Source of the DNA: a bacterium | GTDB taxonomy: Bacteria > UBA8248 | NCBI GenBank assembly: GCA_965200245.1 | Contig: CBDATS010000013.1 | Location: 1 to 23,692, forward strand | Reading direction: 5' to 3' | Length of the DNA stretch: 23,692 nucleotides | Part shown: one piece after another, positions 17,206 to 23,692 of the stretch | Layout of the letters: every line of letters begins with the position of its first letter | How positions within the stretch are numbered: position 1 is the stretch's first letter | Program-made: the position numbers and the translations under genes | The notes under the pieces: generated by a model | The model's input: the letters and a program-made list of their open reading frames with translations, nothing else | Told to the model about the DNA's origin: nothing | Database searches by the model: none

Positions 17206-20200
17206 GTGTTCCCCGCCCACGCGGGGATGAACCGACTTTCGATCTCTTGCCATACGGTTGCCATACCGTGTTCCCCGCCCACGCGGGGATGAACCGAATA
17301 CACGAGCAATCACAATTGATATTCCACAGTGTTCCCCGCCCACGCGGGGATGAACCGTTCATCTCCTCAAAATACTATTACGACCATGGGTGTTCCCCGC
17401 CCACGCGGGGATGAACCGCTCAATCAGGATAAAGTCCCGATGAAATGGTTGTGTTCCCCGCCCACGCGGGGATGAACCGCTCGATGGTATAGCCGAAGGT
17501 GCCGAGGTCAAGTGTTCCCCGCCCACGCGGGGATGAACCGTTTTATGAGTGATACTCGTACGGTTAGTTTCAGTGTTCCCCGCCCACGCGGGGATGAACC
17601 GCTTGTGTGCTCTCAGCGTAATCTGCTCAACATGTGTTCCCCGCCCACGCGGGGATGAACCGATCTTCACCTCCCTCTTCTGGGCGTTGTCACCGTGTTC
17701 CCCGCCCACGCGGGGATGAACCGGCCACGCCATTACCGAGCCACTAATCCGCCCGGTGTTCCCCGCCCACGCGGGGATGAACCGATTCAATCAGCTGAAT
17801 AGACGGATGCGTCGGCGTGTTCCCCGCCCACGCGGGGATGAACCGGTGGTGGTTGTGTGTTCGCCGCGATGTTCGTCGTGTTCCCCGCCCACGCGGGGAT
17901 GAACCGAACAAAGCATAGCCCTGTGCCGTGTCGTGTGCGTGTTCCCCGCCCACGCGGGGATGAACCGAACAAGCCCACGGCTCTAACCGACTTCGGTTTG
18001 TGTTCCCCGCCCACGCGGGGATGAACCGCCGTCGTACCACCACCGTAGAACCAGAATTCAGTGTTCCCCGCCCACGCGGGGATGAACCGCGAGATACAGA
18101 GCAACCAGCTAACTTCCCTTAGTGTTCCCCGCCCACGCGGGGATGAACCGACCCCCAAGTTTGAGCAGTTCAGGTTACATGTGTGTTCCCCGCCCACGCG
18201 GGGATGAACCGATCATCAACCTGACACAGGGAACTCAAGAATGGTGTTCCCCGCCCACGCGGGGATGAACCGTCATGAATGCTGGTCGAAGTTCATCATG
18301 GTCAAGTGTTCCCCGCCCACGCGGGGATGAACCGTTCAGACGAATTGGTTAGAGACCGATACGGCAGTGTTCCCCGCCCACGCGGGGATGAACCGTTTCC
18401 CCGCTTCAGTTTTTCAGAATACGGGGAGTGTTCCCCGCCCACGCGGGGATGAACCGTGGGCAGCACGAGCCTCGTGTTACAGGTTGGTGTGTTCCCCGCC
18501 CACGCGGGGATGAACCGTGGATCGATCCCGGTGTCCCGAGCGGTGCCGGGTGTTCCCCGCCCACGCGGGGATGAACCGAACAAAGCACAGCCCGGTCCCG
18601 TATCGAGTTCGTGTTCCCCGCCCACGCGGGGATGAACCGTACAACGTCTTCACCTTCCTCATGATACCAGGGTGTTCCCCGCCCACGCGGGGATGAACCG
18701 ACGATCCGAATACTGGCGAGGAGAACGTTCAAGTGTTCCCCGCCCACGCGGGGATGAACCGCGGGATCGTGATGTTGTTGCTCTCAAGCGGAAGTGTTCC
18801 CCGCCCACGCGGGGATGAACCGCGTCAAATTGAAGCGGATAGGAAAGCTGCTGAGTGTTCCCCGCCCACGCGGGGATGAACCGTCAGGTTCCTCGTCACA
18901 ATGGAACCAATTGCAGTGTTCCCCGCCCACGCGGGGATGAACCGAGCATCTATACCAATATCCGAAAGCTGCTGATGTGTTCCCCGCCCACGCGGGGATG
19001 AACCGTCGATACAGCAGGCAGGGCATCAACCGGGCTGGTGTTCCCCGCCCACGCGGGGATGAACCGTGAACACGCACTTGCAATATATTCAGACAAAAGT
19101 GTTCCCCGCCCACGCGGGGATGAACCGGCGTGCGCTTGCGAAGTTCATCGTCACATATTGTGTTCCCCGCCCACGCGGGGATGAACCGGACATCAGCATA
19201 TGGACCGGCGCCGGGGAAGCGTGTTCCCCGCCCACGCGGGGATGAACCGAACATCTTGATGTTGCCATCATGCGGCTTGATGTGTTCCCCGCCCACGCGG
19301 GGATGAACCGTGCGCCGCGGTTGCCAACCCGCCATAGATCAGGTGTTCCCCGCCCACGCGGGGATGAACCGCAGTATCGACAGATCTTGCCGTGCCGTTT
19401 CAGGTGTTCCCCGCCCACGCGGGGATGAACCGCTGATTCAATGGATGCGCTTTCTGAAGAGATGGTGTTCCCCGCCCACGCGGGGATGAACCGGATCTCC
19501 GACACCGTCACCAACCTGTAACACGGTGTTCCCCGCCCACGCGGGGATGAACCGGTCGATTGCCTGTTGTGCAACCTGAGAAAGTTGTGTTCCCCGCCCA
19601 CGCGGGGATGAACCGGCGTTCAGGAGGGTTGCAGAGGATCCCGATCAGTGTTCCCCGCCCACGCGGGGATGAACCGCCTTATCCCCGATTTGCGAATCGG
19701 TCGGCAGGGTGTTCCCCGCCCACGCGGGGATGAACCGAGGGTTACTGCGACCACCGCAGGTGCCTCCACGTGTTCCCCGCCCACGCGGGGATGAACCGTT
19801 GGATTGGATTGAAACCGGAACGCACCGTATGTGTTCCCCGCCCACGCGGGGATGAACCGTACGAATCATTGGTCGTGTTCGTTGTGTTCCAGTGTTCCCC
19901 GCCCACGCGGGGATGAACCGCACGGGGCGTTGACGGACCGGCAGCGACAACGGTGTTCCCCGCCCACGCGGGGATGAACCGAGACAGATACCGACGCTGA
20001 TTCGTTCATTGCCGTGTTCCCCGCCCACGCGGGGATGAACCGTCTCGACGCGACGGTGAGTTGAGTTTGATTATGTGTTCCCCGCCCACGCGGGGATGAA
20101 CCGCCTAACGGTCGTATTCAGGTGCTTGCGTTCCGGTGTTCCCCGCCCACGCGGGGATGAACCGGTGAAGTTGGACGGTATCGCGACGGCGGCCGAGTGT

Positions 20201-23200
20201 TCCCCGCCCACGCGGGGATGAACCGCTCGCGGGGATCGCGCCAGGTGCTGATACCAAGTGTTCCCCGCCCACGCGGGGATGAACCGTCAGTGCAACAGTT
20301 CCGGCATCCGCACGAGCAGTGTTCCCCGCCCACGCGGGGATGAACCGTTCAATGCAGTACAGAACAGTTCAATTTGATAGTGTTCCCCGCCCACGCGGGG
20401 ATGAACCGGTGCCGAGGTCAATGTTCAAGCGGACTGGGATGTGTTCCCCGCCCACGCGGGGATGAACCGGCCGCTATGATGTCCGCTTGTGTGCGGTCTG
20501 GGTGTTCCCCGCCCACGCGGGGATGAACCGTGGTGTTCTCCACCGGGCAGTTCTGGCGGGCGGTGTTCCCCGCCCACGCGGGGATGAACCGTCACGATAG
20601 ACGTGCCGGTTGGCAATTGGTTCGTGTTCCCCGCCCACGCGGGGATGAACCGTTTATGAGTGATACGAGAACCGTTAGTTTCAGGTGTTCCCCGCCCACG
20701 CGGGGATGAACCGTTGAGATCGATGTACCGGTTGGCAATTGGTTCGTGTTCCCCGCCCACGCGGGGATGAACCGGCCAAGCTGGACGGCATTGCGGCAAA
20801 TGCGGAGTGTTCCCCGCCCACGCGGGGATGAACCGCCGACGGCAATTTTCCTGTTCAAGATGTGCTGGTGTTCCCCGCCCACGCGGGGATGAACCGGTCG
20901 AAAAAAGGTCAATTACGATACAGATTAGGTGTTCCCCGCCCACGCGGGGATGAACCGCAGATTCGTTTATCGACAACAAGCCGACATTGGTGTTCCCCGC
21001 CCACGCGGGGATGAACCGGCGACACATTCTATTACAGAACGCGCAACGGGGTGTTCCCCGCCCACGCGGGGATGAACCGCCACCGGAACAAGCTATGCTG
21101 GGGCACAATCGGTGTTCCCCGCCCACGCGGGGATGAACCGACACCTGTCGTCGTAATATTTCCGGTGAATGTGTGTTCCCCGCCCACGCGGGGATGAACC
21201 GCCACCGGAACAAGCTATGCCGGGGCGCAATCGGTGTTCCCCGCCCACGCGGGGATGAACCGAATGTCGCTGATAGGCAAATTGAAGCTCAACGGTGTTC
21301 CCCGCCCACGCGGGGATGAACCGGTTAAATCGGGTTAGATCGTGGTCTGGACGGTGTGTTCCCCGCCCACGCGGGGATGAACCGAAATTGCGTCGAATAA
21401 CCTGAGTGCTGGTAGAGTGTTCCCCGCCCACGCGGGGATGAACCGGATTATCCTGACTGCTGATCAGACGATCACAGGTGTTCCCCGCCCACGCGGGGAT
21501 GAACCGGCGTCTTCGGGTCTTCCGGGTAGTCCAACGGCGTGTTCCCCGCCCACGCGGGGATGAACCGTCCGGCAATCCGGTTCCAATAGCCAATGGACAG
21601 TGTTCCCCGCCCACGCGGGGATGAACCTTGGTATCGTTGGTTTGTTCCGGATAAACGAATGTGTTCCCCGCCCACGCGGGGATGAACCGCAACCAGCTAA
21701 CCTCGCTCAATCGAGGCGACAGTGTTCCCCGCCCACGCGGGGATGAACCGAGGCACAACGCAAGGCCGACGAGATCGCGTCGGTGTTCCCCGCCCACGCG
21801 GGGATGAACCGCGTAAATCCGGATCATAGCCAATTCAATTTCGGTGTTCCCCGCCCACGCGGGGATGAACCGGCCGCAATCTCCTCGCCCTGTATTGTCG
21901 ACGTGTGTTCCCCGCCCACGCGGGGATGAACCGTGCATTGTAATCTCGACGATTGCACGCCTGAGGTGTTCCCCGCCCACGCGGGGATGAACCGTGCTGG
22001 TAGATCTAGCACGTTCGACGAAATTGGTGTTCCCCGCCCACGCGGGGATGAACCATCAACGCCCGCCGTGTTCGTCTTGCCTCGAACGTGTTCCCCGCCC
22101 ACGCGGGGATGAACCGGCCTGCGTCACAGGGCGTAACGGACAGGCGGAGTGTTCCCCGCCCACGCGGGGATGAACCGTGGACGGGTCGGTTCGTGACGCA
22201 AACGGATTGGTGTTCCCCGCCCACGCGGGGATGAACCATTTGCGAACCAGGAAATGTAAGTGTAACTGACGTGTTCCCCGCCCACGCGGGGATGAACCGC
22301 CACAAGGTGGAATGGCAAAGGCTTGGCAAGAGTGTTCCCCGCCCACGCGGGGATGAACCGTGTGGTTCCGCATGAAAACGAGCTTGTGGTGCGTGTTCCC
22401 CGCCCACGCGGGGATGAACCGTCGATTGCCTGTTGCGCAACCATCATCAGCTTGTGTTCCCCGCCCACGCGGGGATGAACCGGCTGATGAAATTGCGGCT
22501 AACAACCTGAATGCGTGTTCCCCGCCCACGCGGGGATGAACCGCCTTATCCCCGATTTGCGAATCGGTCGGTAGGGTGTTCCCCGCCCACGCGGGGATGA
22601 ACCGGTAGGCATGAACCTCGATCGAATGAACTCAGAGTGTTCCCCGCCCACGCGGGGATGAACCGACGAGCTCATCATATGTGATGAGGACGAGGATGTG
22701 TTCCCCGCCCACGCGGGGATGAACCGTTCACTAATCATCCCTTCTCTTCTCGGGCTCGGTGTTCCCCGCCCACGCGGGGATGAACCGGGTTGACGCTCTC
22801 AATTCGCAATGCATACGCAGTGTTCCCCGCCCACGCGGGGATGAACCGTCAACGTTCAATCGGATTGGAACGCAACCAGCGGTGTTCCCCGCCCACGCGG
22901 GGATGAACCGCCAACCATCCCGACCCTGCCGACCGATTCGCAGTGTTCCCCGCCCACGCGGGGATGAACCGTTTACCGTGTGGAAAGAAATAAATGGATT
23001 ACCGTGTTCCCCGCCCACGCGGGGATGAACCGGTCAAGCTGGGTTAGATCGTCATCTGGACGGTGTGTTCCCCGCCCACGCGGGGATGAACCGACCGAGA
23101 TATCAGCATATGGACCGGGGCGGGTGTGTTCCCCGCCCACGCGGGGATGAACCGATACGAGAACGGTATCTTTCAGAATTCCGGTAGTGTTCCCCGCCCA

Positions 23201-23388
23201 CGCGGGGATGAACCAGACCACGATCGGCCCCTCCTCGTAATTCACGAAGTGTTCCCCGCCCACGCGGGGATGAACCGGCCTTGTGTTGGCAATTCGTAAC
23301 GCGTACGCGGTGTTCCCCGCCCACGCGGGGATGAACCGTATCCGACAACCGTCGGGATATTTTCACGCCAGTGTTCCCCGCCCACGCG
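17206..23388 (+). CRISPR. Type I-E CRISPR array: 102 repeats (last truncated), 101 spacers
   Basis: The 29-nt repeat GTGTTCCCCGCCCACGCGGGGATGAACCG was counted unit by unit. 97 spacers are 32 nt and 4 are 33 nt (S1, S18, S93, S99). Four repeats end in T or A instead of G. The final repeat at 23371 keeps only its first 18 nt. Confidence 0.99.
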
Positions 23389-23515
23389 CTATCATTGAAT
23401 CACACTTGATTCCGACATGAGTTTGTGCATGATGCTGTTTCATGCAGATTGGTTTGCGTCAGGTTTCAGCGGGCACGATGTCGTGGCTGAGGAATGCATG
23501 CAAGAGTGGTGATTG

Positions 23516-23540
23516 CTCGCGCGCATCACTGGCGCGCGAG
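23516..23540. terminator. GC-rich hairpin downstream of the array (possible terminator or processing structure)
   Basis: CTCGCGCGC-ATCACTG-GCGCGCGAG forms a perfect 9-bp stem with a 7-nt loop; there is no U-tract on either side. Confidence 0.3.
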
Positions 23541-23692
23541 ATCTCCAGTCTCGAGGGCTGGCTTGACTATCGGGGTCGCCCGCGTTTGTCATCGGGGCAT
23601 CATGTTCTTCCGGTTCTGGCGCGCGAGCTTGGTGTTTCCTTGCCGCCCCGCGCGTTACCGGTTGGTGATGCCCATGTTCGTGCGGCGGTTGG

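Noticed and set aside
18843-18975. S27 and S29 share GAAAGCTGCTGA at their 3' ends
   Set aside because: The upstream sequence is unrelated at DNA and peptide level; treated as coincidence.
23389-23401. The truncated last repeat is followed by CATTGAATC, similar to the CATTGAAAC end of the solitary repeat
   Set aside because: Only 8/9 nt match, too short to claim a hybrid repeat. A degenerate trailer repeat is normal.
23441-23692. Open minus-strand frames entering from the right edge
   Set aside because: No recognisable protein, and too little sequence to call a gene.

Overview
This is a chromosomal window, probably from an alphaproteobacterium (inferred from gene content and order). Positions 1-8253 hold housekeeping genes: the rimP-nusA-ylxR/L7Ae-infB operon (minus strand, infB cut by the window edge), a ferritin-like di-iron protein, rppH, an S41 C-terminal protease and a class II aldolase/adducin. 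Positions 8629-23388 hold a complete type I-E CRISPR-Cas locus (cas3-cas8e-cas11-cas7-cas5-cas6e-cas1-cas2), a leader, and an array of 102 repeats (the last truncated) with 101 spacers. Five things stand out. (1) A degenerate repeat-spacer-repeat unit overlaps the cas3 stop codon and looks like a crRNA-like regulatory RNA. (2) A solitary 36-nt repeat resembling a different CRISPR subtype sits upstream of cas3. (3) Many spacers overlap or are synonymous variants of one another, so invader protein fragments (a phage fibre-like repeat and a 32-aa hotspot) and the PAM can be read from the array alone. (4) rimP and rppH appear to need non-canonical start codons (CTG, ATT). (5) A 12-bp inverted repeat flanks the CRISPR-Cas cassette. 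Everything was read by eye; no database searches were run.
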